Positions 38,158-49,073 are shown, counted from the first letter of the stretch. The stretch: 64,000 nucleotides of DNA from Polyangiaceae bacterium (GCA_044376115.1 JBILLK010000002.1:224001-288000), one strand, 5' to 3'. Made by a program: numbers and translations. The notes: a model not told the origin generated them from the letters alone.

Positions 38158-39384
38158 TCAGCGCTCGCTTGCCGCGCCATCAGCGCACGGCAGGCGAGCG
38201 ACGAAGCATGCGCCATCGCTCGCGGGTTCATAGAGCAGCGACCCACCTTGGTTTTCGATCAAGGTGCGTGCGGTGCAAAGCCCCAAGCCAAGGCCCAAGG
38301 TCTTGTCTGTAACGAGCGGCTCGAACAGGTGTGAAACCATCCCCGGCGCCACACCAGCGCCTGAGTCGATCACGCGAATGCTGACGAAGTGGTCCTGCGG
38401 CGTGTCAGTTTCAAAGCGAATGACGTTGCGCTTGCCCTGGTCGCGCACCGACTCGATCGATTCGACTGCGTTGCGCAGTAGATTGCCGAGTGCATCGCGC
38501 GTCTGACGCGGGTCCACGCGAATCAAACACTCCCGTGCAACGTTCCACTCGAGTTTGAGCGGCTCGGGGATGTGGACGTTGGCGACCACCGAGTCGAGCA
38601 GGTCACCCACGCTGATCTCCATAAAGGTCGCTTCGCGAACCCGTGCGAAGTCGATCAGATCCGAGATGATGCGATCGGCCTCGCGGACCTCTTCCGCCAT
38701 GGAGAAGAGCGCTCGCTTGAGGTCGGGATCCTTGGATACATCCACTCGCTGACGAATGATCGCCGCGGCGTTGGAAATGACCGAGAGCGGGTGGCGAATT
38801 TGATGGGCGAGGCCGCCCGCAAGTTGTCCGAGAACCACCAGCCGTTCCCGACGCAAAAGTGCGTTCTGCACCTCGCGCAGATCCCGCGTTCGCTCGAAAA
38901 CGCGTTGCTCGAGCTCTTGATTAGCGAGTCGCAGCGCTTCTTCCACGTGCTTACGGCGCGTGATGTCGTGGATGATCCCGACGATGTGAGTAACAGCGCC
39001 CGCTGCATCGAACACGGGCGCCTTGGTGGTTGCGAGGATGTGCGTTTCGCCTGTGGCGTCGGACATCGGCTCCTCCTCGATCACGACCACTCGTCCCGTC
39101 GCGAACACCTCGCGGTCCTTCTCGTGGAAGAAGTCGGCCTGATGCGCCGGGAAGAAGTCGTGGTCCGTCTTGCCGAGGGTCTCGCTGCGCGGAAAGCCGA
39201 TCAACGCATCAAAGGCCGAGTTGCACCAAACCCATTGGTGCCCGCGGTCTTTGACGAATATCGGCTGGGCCACATTCTCCACGACGACCTTCAGGAAGGT
39301 CAGCTCGCTCGCCCCAAGTCCTGCCGGCAAAGGTGAGTTCGGCGGCAGCTCGCGGGCGCTGCTGCGTGACTTAGGCTTCGTCAT
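38158..39384 (-). CDS. Cytoplasmic PAS-domain histidine kinase
   Basis: PAS (IFVKD...LGKTDHDFFP), H-box LAHQIRHPL, N-box NLLRNA, DSGAG and GLGLGL. Confidence 0.9.
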   Translation of the reverse strand: MTKPKSRSSARELPPNSPLPAGLGASELTFLKVVVENVAQPIFVKDRGHQWVWCNSAFDALIGFPRSETLGKTDHDFFPAHQADFFHEKDREVFATGRVVVIEEEPMSDATGETHILATTKAPVFDAAGAVTHIVGIIHDITRRKHVEEALRLANQELEQRVFERTRDLREVQNALLRRERLVVLGQLAGGLAHQIRHPLSVISNAAAIIRQRVDVSKDPDLKRALFSMAEEVREADRIISDLIDFARVREATFMEISVGDLLDSVVANVHIPEPLKLEWNVARECLIRVDPRQTRDALGNLLRNAVESIESVRDQGKRNVIRFETDTPQDHFVSIRVIDSGAGVAPGMVSHLFEPLVTDKTLGLGLGLCTARTLIENQGGSLLYEPASDGACFVARLPCADGAASER

Positions 39385-39419
39385 GGCGTTGTTTGCGAAA
39401 AGGCGGCCTCAGCAATGGT

Positions 39420-40853
39420 CTATTTCTTTGCAGGCCCAAGCCAGTCGGTGTGGATTGCCCCGGCAGGGTTACCGTCGGTGCGTTCGTAGGTATGAGCACC
39501 GAAGGCGTCTCGCTGTGCCTGCGTGAGGTTCTGCGGCAGCCGCGCCGTTCGGTACGAATCGAAGTAGGCGAGACTTGCCGTCATCGAGGGGAGGGGAATA
39601 CCAAGCGATACAGCGCGCCCGATCGTCCGCCGCCAGCCAGGCTGGGCTTGATAGACGGCGTTCTCGAGTTCGGGATCCGAAAGGATGCTCTCGAGATCGG
39701 GAGCCTTCTCGAACGCGCGCATGATCGTGTCGAGCAGGACCGCGCGAATGATGCAACCGCCCTTCCAGATTCGAGCCATCTCGCGAAGGTTGATGCCCCA
39801 ATTGTGGACGCGACTAGCCTCCGCGATCAACTTGAGCCCTTGAGCGTAGGAGCCGATCTTTGCGGCGAGCAGAGCCGACTCGAGATCGGCGATGACGTCC
39901 GCGGCCTCGCCGGTGATCGAGGCTTCAACGTTCTTGCGGATACGCGACTCGGCTCGCGTGCGCTCCTCTTTCATGCTGGAGAGCACACGCGCGTCGATCG
40001 ACGCCGCGATCGTCGGGATGGGCACGGCGAGTTCGAGCGCTACCGTCGCCGTCCACTTCCCGGTGCCTTTCTGGCCCGCCTTATCGAGCACACGGTCGAC
40101 CAAGGGGCCGCCGGAGATCGGGTCGGTCACGGCGAGCACTTGCGACGTGATTTCGATCAGGAACGAGGCGAGCGGACCTTGATTCCAGCGCGCAAAGATC
40201 TCGCCGATGGCGGGCGCTGAAAGTCCGAGCCCACGCGACAGGATGTCGTAGGCCTCAGCGATCAGCTGCATATCGCCGTACTCGATGCCGTTGTGCACCA
40301 TCTTGACGAAGTGCCCCGCACCGTCAGGGCCTACGTGCGTGACACAAGGACCCGAGTCTGTGCGCGCTGCGATGGCTTCAAAAACCGGCCGGGTCGCCTC
40401 CCAGGCGGCGAGGTGACCACCGGGCATCAAGGAAGGCCCAAAGCGCGCTCCCTCCTCACCACCGGAGATGCCCATGCCGACGAAATGAATGCCTTTGGCC
40501 GAGAGTTCCTTCTCGCGCCGTTGCGTCTCGGGGAAGTAGGTATTGCCGCCATCGATCACCACGTCCCCTTGATCGAGGAGCGGCACCAACTCCGAGAGCA
40601 CCGCGTCGACAGGGGCGCCCGCTTTGACCATCACAAGGATGCGGCGAGGCTTTGCGATGGCGCCGACGAAGTCTTTGAGCGTCGTGTGGGGCACGAGCTT
40701 GTGATTCGGGTTCTCACGTACGACGGCTTCCGTTACCGCGCCGCTGCGGTTGTAGACGGCGACGCGATAATCGTGATCCGCGATGTTGAGCGCGAGATTC
40801 TTGCCCATGACGGCGAGCCCAATGACGCCAACGTCTGCTGTAACAGTGCTCAT
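39420..40853 (-). CDS. gndA: 6-phosphogluconate dehydrogenase (NADP, decarboxylating)
   Basis: GLAVMG, SGGEEGA, KMVHNGIEY and QAQRDAFGAHTYER. Confidence 0.98.
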   Translation of the reverse strand: MSTVTADVGVIGLAVMGKNLALNIADHDYRVAVYNRSGAVTEAVVRENPNHKLVPHTTLKDFVGAIAKPRRILVMVKAGAPVDAVLSELVPLLDQGDVVIDGGNTYFPETQRREKELSAKGIHFVGMGISGGEEGARFGPSLMPGGHLAAWEATRPVFEAIAARTDSGPCVTHVGPDGAGHFVKMVHNGIEYGDMQLIAEAYDILSRGLGLSAPAIGEIFARWNQGPLASFLIEITSQVLAVTDPISGGPLVDRVLDKAGQKGTGKWTATVALELAVPIPTIAASIDARVLSSMKEERTRAESRIRKNVEASITGEAADVIADLESALLAAKIGSYAQGLKLIAEASRVHNWGINLREMARIWKGGCIIRAVLLDTIMRAFEKAPDLESILSDPELENAVYQAQPGWRRTIGRAVSLGIPLPSMTASLAYFDSYRTARLPQNLTQAQRDAFGAHTYERTDGNPAGAIHTDWLGPAKK

Positions 40854-40899
40854 CTGAATCCTTGGTTAGTGCGAGGTGTGTCGATCAAGATCGGGTGCG

Positions 40900-41598
40900 C
40901 TACCGCTCGGAGCTGACCTTCGCCAGCGCGGCTGTATCCGCAAAGAGAGTGACGCGGGTGGTTCGTTGAATAGGCAGCTCTTCAGCTGCGCTGCTGAGCG
41001 CCTTCGCCAGGACCTCGGCTTTGCCCGCGCCCGTTACGAACAAGAAGGTCTGCTTCGCCTCGGCGAGGACCCGCGGAGTGATCGTGATTCGATGGGGAGG
41101 GGGCTTCGGTCCAACGACCGAGAGAGCGCGCGTCGACCGCTCGTTCAAACTGGATGCTCCTGGAAAAAGAGAGGCGGTATGCCCGTCTTCCCCCATTCCC
41201 AGCAGCAGCAAGTCAAGCTGCGGAGGCAGCAAAGCGGAGTAGCGCGCGGCTTCCGCAGCAAGGTCCTCGGCGTCGCCGCGGATCACAAAGATGTTCTCCG
41301 CTGGGACCGCAGCAGGGATGAGCAGCGTTTCGTCGGCGAGGCCCGCGTTCGAATCTGGCGAGCTACGCGCCACGGCTCGCTCGTCGCCGAAGAAGAAGTG
41401 AACGCGCGACCAAGGCAGCGCCGCCTTCGCGAGTTCAACGTAGACCGCACGCGGCGTCGTTCCGCCGGCCAAGCATAGGGAGGCGGTCTGTTGCTGCGCG
41501 AGAACCTGCTCGAGCGCCTCCACGATGGCTTTGGCGCCCGCCCGAGCCACCGCCGGTGGGTCGCTTTGCTCGATGATCGTTGCGGTCCAGCGCGTCAC
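40900..41598 (-). CDS. pgl: 6-phosphogluconolactonase
   Basis: LAGGTTP, FGDER, SN and LGMGEDGHTASLFP; GTG 41598 sits just after the zwf stop. Confidence 0.95.
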   Translation of the reverse strand: MTRWTATIIEQSDPPAVARAGAKAIVEALEQVLAQQQTASLCLAGGTTPRAVYVELAKAALPWSRVHFFFGDERAVARSSPDSNAGLADETLLIPAAVPAENIFVIRGDAEDLAAEAARYSALLPPQLDLLLLGMGEDGHTASLFPGASSLNERSTRALSVVGPKPPPHRITITPRVLAEAKQTFLFVTGAGKAEVLAKALSSAAEELPIQRTTRVTLFADTAALAKVSSER

Positions 41599-41602
41599 GA
41601 GG

Positions 41603-43216
41603 TCAGCCCGGTTTCGGCGCGTTCGCGTTGGGAGGAACGCTGTTGCCCGACTTGTCGGGGGTGTCGAGTGGGCGCCAATGATGCCGCGTTGCGTGCAGTA
41701 GCTCGTCGGCTGCCTTTGGACCGGCCGACCCGGGGGCGTAGCTATGCAGCGGGATTGAATCGTCGTCGCGCCAGGCGTCAAGGATCGGCGTGCACAGACT
41801 CCACGCCTCTTCGACCCCATCCCTCCGTGCGAACAGCGTTTGGTCGCCGCGCATGCAATCAAGGATCAGCCGCTCATAGGCTTCGGGCGGCTGACGATCG
41901 AAGGCGCGGGCGTAGCTGAAGTCCATCTTCACGGTCGACACGAACAAATCATCCCCAGGCTGCTTGGCCATGAAGGAGAACTCAATCCCTTCATCGGGCT
42001 GGATGCGCAGCGTGAGCACGTTCTGTTCGAGCCGCTGACAGACCTCGTCGCGCCCGAACAGACACAGCGGCACGCGGCGGAAATGGATGGCGACCTCGGT
42101 CACGCGCTTGTTGAGCTTCTTTCCGGCCCGCACATAGAACGGCACCCCGTGCCATCGCCAGTTGTCGATCATGAAACGACAGGCGACGTAGGTCGGTGTC
42201 TTCGAGTCCTTCGCGATGTTGGGCTCATCGTGGAAGCCCTCGTACTGAGCGCGCACCACCTCGGTCGCTACCTCGCTCGGGTGGATCGGCCGGACGGAGC
42301 GAAGGAGCTGGGCTTTCTGATTACGGATCTCATCGGCCTTGAACGACACGGGTGGCTCCATGGCAGCCAGCGCCAGGATCTCCAGCAGGTGGTTCTGGAT
42401 CACGTCACGCAGCGCGCCCGTCTCGTCGTAGAACTTCCCTCGGCCTTCCATCCCAAGTTCTTCGGCTGCGGTGATCTGCACGTGGTCCACGTGGTTGCGG
42501 TTCCACAGCGGCTCGAACAGCGAGTTGGCGAAGCGCAGGACCAGGATGTTCTGCACCGTCTCTTTGCCGAGATAGTGGTCGATGCGATAGAGCTGGTCCT
42601 CGTCAACGAAGTCCGACGCCATGTTGTTGAGGCGGCGCGCCGAGGGAAGATCGCTGCCGAACGGCTTCTCGATCATCACGCGCGCAAACGGCGGATTGGC
42701 CTCTCCAGCAGCCCGACGTTCACTCGACTTCTTGAGCAGGCCGTTCTCTTTGAGGCCGGACAGGATGCCCTCGAAGGAGGACGGTGGCGTTGAGAAGAAG
42801 AAGATGCGGTTGCCTTGCGTGCCGCGCTCGCGGTCGAGAGACTCGAGCTTCTCGAGCAGGCGTTTGTAGGTCTCGGGAGTCGTGTGATCCCCAAGCACAT
42901 AGTGAATGTGCTCTGACAGCTGCTCCCAGACTTGGGCGTCGACCGGCTTGGTTCGTGAGAACTTCGCCGTCGCCTCCTGGTGGACCTTACGAAAGGCTTG
43001 CTCATCGGCGGCACTCCGTCCGACGCCAACCACCTCGAACCCCTCGGGTAGCCAGCCCTCTTTGGCGATGTTGTAGAGCGCCGGCAGCAGCTTGCGTTTG
43101 GCTAAGTCCCCCGTTGCGCCAAAGATGACGAGCGCACACGGCTTGACCGTGCGCACCTTTTGGATCGCCTCACCCGGTACGGTCTCCGTCTCAATGACGG
43201 TTGTCGAGATCCCCAT
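41603..43216 (-). CDS. zwf: Glucose-6-phosphate 1-dehydrogenase
   Basis: [27 protein letters not shown] and WHGVPFY. Confidence 0.98.
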   Translation of the reverse strand: MGISTTVIETETVPGEAIQKVRTVKPCALVIFGATGDLAKRKLLPALYNIAKEGWLPEGFEVVGVGRSAADEQAFRKVHQEATAKFSRTKPVDAQVWEQLSEHIHYVLGDHTTPETYKRLLEKLESLDRERGTQGNRIFFFSTPPSSFEGILSGLKENGLLKKSSERRAAGEANPPFARVMIEKPFGSDLPSARRLNNMASDFVDEDQLYRIDHYLGKETVQNILVLRFANSLFEPLWNRNHVDHVQITAAEELGMEGRGKFYDETGALRDVIQNHLLEILALAAMEPPVSFKADEIRNQKAQLLRSVRPIHPSEVATEVVRAQYEGFHDEPNIAKDSKTPTYVACRFMIDNWRWHGVPFYVRAGKKLNKRVTEVAIHFRRVPLCLFGRDEVCQRLEQNVLTLRIQPDEGIEFSFMAKQPGDDLFVSTVKMDFSYARAFDRQPPEAYERLILDCMRGDQTLFARRDGVEEAWSLCTPILDAWRDDDSIPLHSYAPGSAGPKAADELLHATRHHWRPLDTPDKSGNSVPPNANAPKPG

Positions 43217-43313
43217 TCACCTTCTCCGTTCGCCCCAAGTCCCGCCCGCGAAAGTAGAGGCAGGTGAGGGAAACCACAATGCGAACCTTGTGCCCGCGCC
43301 GACTTCGTCTCGG

Positions 43314-44216
43314 TCAGTGCGGCACTTCGCCCACACACTTGAGCGCCCAGGGGTCACGTGGCTCTGGCCCGTTCGGGTTGTGGCCCACGATCCGCTGGGC
43401 ACGGTGGTTGAGTAACGCGGCGAGCCCGTGCTCCCGGGGCAAGAGGGCATGCACGAGCTGCCCATAGCTCGCTCCTAGACCATGCAGACAACGCTGTGCG
43501 TCCCCACTGCGAAACGCGAACAAGGCCTGCGCGAGGGCAAACACTCCGGCCGCCGGCCTGCCGCCTTCGATCTTCATCAAAACCTCGTTCATCGACACGT
43601 CGCCGAGCCCCCAGCCAGCGTCGTCGGTGAGGGCGTCCCACGTGGAGGTCGCGTCGCCGATGGCGAGCCGTTGTCCCGCACGATCGAGCTGCTGTGCAGC
43701 CAATGGTAGGTTGCCCAGCGCACTCAGGCACAGTGCTTGGTGCGACGCGATCAGGATCTCGGCGTACCGCTTTCGCACCGGAGCAGCCATCGCTGGGAGG
43801 GCGCTGAGCGCACGTTCGAAGCAGTCGCACGCGGCAGCAAAGTCTCCCTCCGCCTCGGCGACCAGACCGAGCAGATGAAGCGCCCGCGCACGAATGTCGG
43901 CTCGGAACACGTTGCGCAAGACGTAGTGGGCCGCAGGAATCGCGGCGTTGCCCTGGCCCGCCTGCCAAGCAGCCGTGGCGCCTTTTAGCTCGCGCGTTCC
44001 GCGCAGTAGCTCACGCCACATGAGGATGAGCGAGGCCACGAAGGCGACCCCGCCGAGCGCCAGCAACAAGGCTCCGCCGGCCACCCTTAGATTCAGCAGG
44101 AAGCCGCCAAGGGTCAGCACGATGAAAGCCACACCGAGGCCACCAAACGCCATCAGCGTCGCGTGGCCGCGTGAAACCAACAAGCGACCGTTCGCGTCGA
44201 CCAGGTAGCGATTCAC
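43314..44216 (-). CDS. Two-TM membrane protein with TPR-like helices
   Basis: Two N-terminal hydrophobic helices; ALHLLGLVAEAEGDFAAACDCFERAL is TPR-like. Confidence 0.65.
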   Translation of the reverse strand: MNRYLVDANGRLLVSRGHATLMAFGGLGVAFIVLTLGGFLLNLRVAGGALLLALGGVAFVASLILMWRELLRGTRELKGATAAWQAGQGNAAIPAAHYVLRNVFRADIRARALHLLGLVAEAEGDFAAACDCFERALSALPAMAAPVRKRYAEILIASHQALCLSALGNLPLAAQQLDRAGQRLAIGDATSTWDALTDDAGWGLGDVSMNEVLMKIEGGRPAAGVFALAQALFAFRSGDAQRCLHGLGASYGQLVHALLPREHGLAALLNHRAQRIVGHNPNGPEPRDPWALKCVGEVPH

Positions 44217-44222
44217 GAAGCG

Positions 44223-47200
44223 CTAGGGCCGGTAGTCGATGACGCTTTCGCCGCGGGTGCGGTAGTTGGTGTCGATGTGATTCATCAGCTCCAGCCACCA
44301 AGCGTCTGCCTTCATGCCGTCATCGCGCGCGCTATCGGTGAAGAAGTTTCCGCGGATGCATTCAGCGTTACCGGTGTCGTCGGTGCGGCAGCGCCCGTCC
44401 ACGTACACCAGGATCGCCTTGGGCAAACGCGTGGTGACGTTGTCTTGCGCGCCGTTCATCCAGTTGGCCACGAAGATGATGGCGGCGCCCAGATCCTCGG
44501 GCGTTTGGCCGTAACCGTGGAGCATGTAGATCACGGGGTAGGTGCGATCTTGTTGCTCGCGGTGGGCGTAGCCCGGCGGCAGGTTGATCGTCACCGGGCC
44601 TTTTCGACCGCGTGAATCGGTGAACTCGAAGTTGCAGGCGCCCGCGATCTCGCAGTCGCTTGCACCTGGAGCCGGATCCTCGCTGGCGATCTTCACCAGC
44701 GAGCGCAGGTCTTGTTCAGGCCAGCGCGAGCCGATGTAGTAAAGCGCCGTCTGCAGGCGGCCGAGGATCTCGGTCACGGTGCCGACGTGCTGGCCAGAAC
44801 CCTTCTCGATGTCGCTCGCGGTGGGGTCAACCTTGCCGTAGCGCATGAGCACTGACCCAGGCACGTCTTCCCAACGAATCAGCGACGGCGTGTAGAGATC
44901 TGGGAACGCGGGGTCAAAGCCGGGCAGCTGCGCGAAGTCGGTGAAGTAAGACGTTTCGCGGCCGCGAGCCTGCATGGCGCCGACCAGCTGGTTGGCGCTC
45001 ACGTGGAAGTTGAAAAGGTCGCGTAGACCACCGTCGGTCCATACGTCCAAGCGATCCAAGGAAGCGTCGTCCAACTCCCCGGTGGCGCTCGGCGCATTCT
45101 TGCGAATGATCGCGGTCGGATCGAACTCCCACATCCTGCGTAGACCGCGCGACGCGGTGAAGGCGTTGTCTCCCTCGCCGACGTCGTAGCCATCGCCGTC
45201 CTTGGCGTAGCCGGTCGCCGGTTGCTGCGTCGTGCCGTCCACGCCGTCCATCCCGAAGTCGAGGTACGGTTCCCCGGCTTGGTAGCGGTAGTCCCGCTCG
45301 GTGCCGTTGGGGTTGTACTGCATGTGGAAGTCGTCCCCCGACGGGTCCTCGTTGACGCCGGCCTCGTAGCCGGGCTCGTCGACGCTGAACCGACCGTCCT
45401 CACCGGTGTCATCCCAGGGCTCATGTCCGCTGCGGATCAGCGGCTCCAGTTCGTCGCGAACGCCGTTGCCGTTGTAGTCCACGGCGAGGGCGACCTCGAG
45501 CGGGTAGTTGTTGGGCCCGCTGGGCTTCCAAGCGTTGGCGTAAGGCGTTTCGTCTTCACTGGGCGGCGTTCCGTCGCACACGGTGATGACGGGGAAGAGG
45601 CCATCGGGATTGAACTCGTCGTCGAAGTAGTTCGCCAAGGTGAGGGGATTGGCGCAACGCTCGATCGGGCAGTTGTTTGCTTTTTCAACTTGCTCGTCGT
45701 GATCCGGTGCTTCTGCGATCGGGTCGACCCATACCGAGCATTCAGTCCCCTCGTGTTCCCCAACCACGGAGGGATGATTCGGCGGCACGCCGGGAGGTAG
45801 GTTTTCTCCGCCCGGGGAGAGATTGTCTCCGTTGGGGTTGCCCATCAGCAACGCTAGATCACGGAAGATCTGCGCGTATTCAGAGCGCGGGAAGCGACCA
45901 CCGGTACCGGTTCGCGGGTATTCGGCCCACCAGTTGTTGAAGGTCTGGTTGTGTTCGTACGGGTTCTCTGGCGTCGTCAACAAGGTGCAGCCGCCGGGGT
46001 GGTCCACCGTGACGCCCAAGCAAACCTCGTCCGCTGCACACTCGGTGTCGGTCATGCACGACGCTTTGGTGAGCGGAATATCGGCCACCTCTGTGCCCGG
46101 CGCGATCGGCCGGAAGCCACCGAGGTGCTGTTTCTCGATCATGTTGATGAGCCACGACCAGGAGGCCGGCCCGCCGAGCGGTGCGACCACGTCGAACTTG
46201 TCGTGGTGCCGTGTGCCAAACATGCTGCTGCCCATACCGCCCATCGAGACGCCGATCACAGCGCGGTGGGTGAGCTTGCGCTGAATCACGCGATCGCCTG
46301 CGTCTTTACGTACGACGGCCTGGTAGGTGCCGAGACGAGGGGCCTTGAACGAGAGCGCCCAACGGCCGTCGATCTCTCCGAAGCGAGGGTCCGCCACGGC
46401 CACCACGCGCGGCTCTTTGAACTTCGGCCCGCTGTACAGCACGCGGACGTGACGAAAGCGCGCGTTGGTGCCCAAGATCGCCGGATTTGCGGGGATGGAG
46501 AGCGGCAACTCTCGCGGGAAGCTCTGCGGCTCCGGACCGAACGTGACGGCCGGCCCGAGGGCGACATACCCTTCGGGGAGCTGCATTTCGCCGCAGGCGA
46601 TCGTCGTCTCGAACGCGGGGACGCTCCAAAGGAACGCGCCGGAGTTCGGCTTGTCGGCGTTTTGCGGCAGGCCGATCGTGGCTCCAGCCAACGCCCCGGT
46701 GGCCTTTACTTCCGAGCCCGGGTTGACCGTGCCGCTGTTCGAGGCTCCGGCGCAAGTCGCGACGGTGGGTTCTTGAACCACGACGCGCAAGCTGGCGCTG
46801 AGGGTGGTGCCGTCCGCCTTCGGGAGGCTCGCCGTGATGGTGTACTCGCCGGCCTTCGTCGCCCCGCGTAGCTCGAACTCCACGGCCGGCGAATAGAGAC
46901 CGATCTTGCCCTGCTCTGGCGCCTTGAGTGAGGCCTCATCACTGCTGGCGAAGGACACGTCCACGTCCTCGCAAACATCGGGACCAACGACGAGCTTGAC
47001 GCTTCGAGAGATGCAGGAAGCATCGTCGGCGGGGCAGGGCGGTAGGAACACGACGTCGGGGGAGAACCGCGCGGCCATCGTTGAAGGCTGGGGCACCTGG
47101 CAGATGTCACCCGGCCGCAGCGTGGTCGGCGTTGGCGTCGGCGGATCTCCGGTGGTGGAGCTCGTGTCGTCTCCGCAGCCGAGCCCCATGGCCGACGCCA

Positions 47201-47273
47201 CGATCCACAGGCTGTGATTCAGAAGCCCTCGAAAACCACTCGATCGGAGACGAAACATGCTGCGAGTTAACAT
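44223..47273 (-). CDS. Large lipoprotein with an alpha/beta-hydrolase (esterase) domain and acidic DxNxNG/DxDG segments
   Basis: Lipobox GLGC; GVSMGG nucleophile elbow; LPPGY...YPVIYMLHG; GGAGGAGG RBS before ATG 47273. Confidence 0.8.
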   Translation of the reverse strand: MLTRSMFRLRSSGFRGLLNHSLWIVASAMGLGCGDDTSSTTGDPPTPTPTTLRPGDICQVPQPSTMAARFSPDVVFLPPCPADDASCISRSVKLVVGPDVCEDVDVSFASSDEASLKAPEQGKIGLYSPAVEFELRGATKAGEYTITASLPKADGTTLSASLRVVVQEPTVATCAGASNSGTVNPGSEVKATGALAGATIGLPQNADKPNSGAFLWSVPAFETTIACGEMQLPEGYVALGPAVTFGPEPQSFPRELPLSIPANPAILGTNARFRHVRVLYSGPKFKEPRVVAVADPRFGEIDGRWALSFKAPRLGTYQAVVRKDAGDRVIQRKLTHRAVIGVSMGGMGSSMFGTRHHDKFDVVAPLGGPASWSWLINMIEKQHLGGFRPIAPGTEVADIPLTKASCMTDTECAADEVCLGVTVDHPGGCTLLTTPENPYEHNQTFNNWWAEYPRTGTGGRFPRSEYAQIFRDLALLMGNPNGDNLSPGGENLPPGVPPNHPSVVGEHEGTECSVWVDPIAEAPDHDEQVEKANNCPIERCANPLTLANYFDDEFNPDGLFPVITVCDGTPPSEDETPYANAWKPSGPNNYPLEVALAVDYNGNGVRDELEPLIRSGHEPWDDTGEDGRFSVDEPGYEAGVNEDPSGDDFHMQYNPNGTERDYRYQAGEPYLDFGMDGVDGTTQQPATGYAKDGDGYDVGEGDNAFTASRGLRRMWEFDPTAIIRKNAPSATGELDDASLDRLDVWTDGGLRDLFNFHVSANQLVGAMQARGRETSYFTDFAQLPGFDPAFPDLYTPSLIRWEDVPGSVLMRYGKVDPTASDIEKGSGQHVGTVTEILGRLQTALYYIGSRWPEQDLRSLVKIASEDPAPGASDCEIAGACNFEFTDSRGRKGPVTINLPPGYAHREQQDRTYPVIYMLHGYGQTPEDLGAAIIFVANWMNGAQDNVTTRLPKAILVYVDGRCRTDDTGNAECIRGNFFTDSARDDGMKADAWWLELMNHIDTNYRTRGESVIDYRP

Positions 47274-47350
47274 CAAGCCTCCTCCGACGTCCACGCAGCT
47301 CGTGCAGGCGGCTGTCGAACGACGAATCCTGGTGAACGAACGAGGGCGCG

Positions 47351-48976
47351 TTATCGAGGTGGCGCCGGGGAGCCGGTGGCAACACCCTGCGCGTCAGCCT
47401 CTTTGCCCAAGGCCGAAAGTAGGCCGCTCCACGTACCGAGAAGCGCGGCGGGCGCGAGCTCGTCGTTCACCGTTACCGCCCCGCTTGCGGCGACGCTGAG
47501 GGAGGAAAGGCCTGAACCCTCGACCTCATCCGAGGCGAGCCCCAGCTCCCAGCGGGATGCGACCGCCAGGATGCAGGCCTGCTCCAAACATGGGGCGTCG
47601 CATTCGGCGACCGGACCAGCGTCGTTGATCGCCAAGCCGAAGGCGTTGCAGTTGAGTTGACCGCGAATGGCGTCCGCCGGGCTGAACTCATCACCGAGCT
47701 CCTGAGCGACCTGGTTGCTCATGTACGCGCCCGCCAAGCGAGTGGCCGATAGCGGGACGGAGCCCGTGATCAGGAGGGAGTCATTCCCGGTGTCCACCCA
47801 GACGAACGGCAGTGATCGTTGCGGCAACGCGTAGAGAGGAAGCCCAAGTAGCGCCTCGAGTTTGAACGACGCCCCTTCGGGGACGTCGCTCAGGCCCTCA
47901 ATCGTCCCGACCACGTTGGCCGCTCCATCCGCTACGGCCGCCTCTGCCAAAGCCGCCGAATTCGTTGCCATGGAGGCGCAATACTCGTTCGCGTCGAATG
48001 GCCCCGTCGCCGTCTCGACCGCGAGGACGAAGTCCGGGTTGGCGAGCAGCTCCTGCAGCGAGACCGCCGCGTCGGGCGAGAGCTGCGTCAACATCTCGGT
48101 CGCCACGATAGTGGTGGTCGTCGCCTCCGGTGGAAACGCGGTATCGGCGATCACTTTGCCCCCAGATTGCACGATCTGCCCGAAGCTGGCTGGTTCGACC
48201 CCGAACTCGAGCGAGAGCGAAAGGCGTGCGCCTGGTAACACTATGCTGCGGTCCTTGAGTTCGACGACGACCTCTTGCTCCTCGACAGCGGACGTGGCGC
48301 TCATCACGGTGCAGCCCGCGACCAACTTGCCGTTGCGCAGCCCTACCGCGAGCACTGGCCCAACCGGCACGCTCGAAATCAACGGGATCGAGTCGAGCGC
48401 TGCGCTGTCCGAGAGACTCCCGATCGGCGCTTCGGGGTAGGTGGCGAGCAGCGCGGAGCAATCTCCTCCGACGAGTACGTCGGCCGACCAGCTCTCCGTC
48501 AGTTCCCGCGAGCCGTCGTATTGGGGAACGACCCGAAGCGAGAAAAAGCCTTGCTGGCTCACGGCGACCGGCAATTCGGCGGAGCCCTCGTCCGACTGCG
48601 CTCGCAAAACGAAGGTCGCGGCGGTGGTTGGAGCGGTGAGCGTGGCGATGGCCTTGCCGTCATCCCCGAGCACGACCTCGGCTGGCGTCAGCGAGGCGTC
48701 GAGTGTTGTACCGAGGAGGAGCAGGCGAACGCTGGTCCCGGGATCGCCGTCAAGTTCAACCTCGACGGTTTGCCCTGGCGCCAACTCGAGCGTGCCAACA
48801 TGCGTAAAATGCAGCTCGGTTGCGCTGGTGCCACCACCCACCGGCTCGTTCGGGACGGCTTCGGTGCCGCAACCGCTGATGCTCGTGGCCAGCGCGAGCG
48901 CCACTCCCACGCAAAGCCGCTGCGCCTTGCCCCTTCTGGCGTAGGCACCCATACTCGACCATAAGCTTAAGTTCAT
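47351..48976 (-). CDS. Hypothetical acidic lipoprotein
   Basis: Lipobox ISGC; Ig-like beta-rich N-terminal half; several Cys pairs. Confidence 0.7.
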   Translation of the reverse strand: MNLSLWSSMGAYARRGKAQRLCVGVALALATSISGCGTEAVPNEPVGGGTSATELHFTHVGTLELAPGQTVEVELDGDPGTSVRLLLLGTTLDASLTPAEVVLGDDGKAIATLTAPTTAATFVLRAQSDEGSAELPVAVSQQGFFSLRVVPQYDGSRELTESWSADVLVGGDCSALLATYPEAPIGSLSDSAALDSIPLISSVPVGPVLAVGLRNGKLVAGCTVMSATSAVEEQEVVVELKDRSIVLPGARLSLSLEFGVEPASFGQIVQSGGKVIADTAFPPEATTTTIVATEMLTQLSPDAAVSLQELLANPDFVLAVETATGPFDANEYCASMATNSAALAEAAVADGAANVVGTIEGLSDVPEGASFKLEALLGLPLYALPQRSLPFVWVDTGNDSLLITGSVPLSATRLAGAYMSNQVAQELGDEFSPADAIRGQLNCNAFGLAINDAGPVAECDAPCLEQACILAVASRWELGLASDEVEGSGLSSLSVAASGAVTVNDELAPAALLGTWSGLLSALGKEADAQGVATGSPAPPR

Positions 48977-49073
48977 TATTCCCCGAGCTTAGCTCACATC
49001 CGCCGTCTGGCATCAATCTTCGGTAGTTTGCGGCAGGGCTGCTCGGATTCCGCTGGCGGTCGGTGTCGGGATG

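Noticed and set aside
41599..41862. 5' extension of the pgl ORF
   Set aside because: It overlaps zwf; pgl homology starts after GTG 41598.
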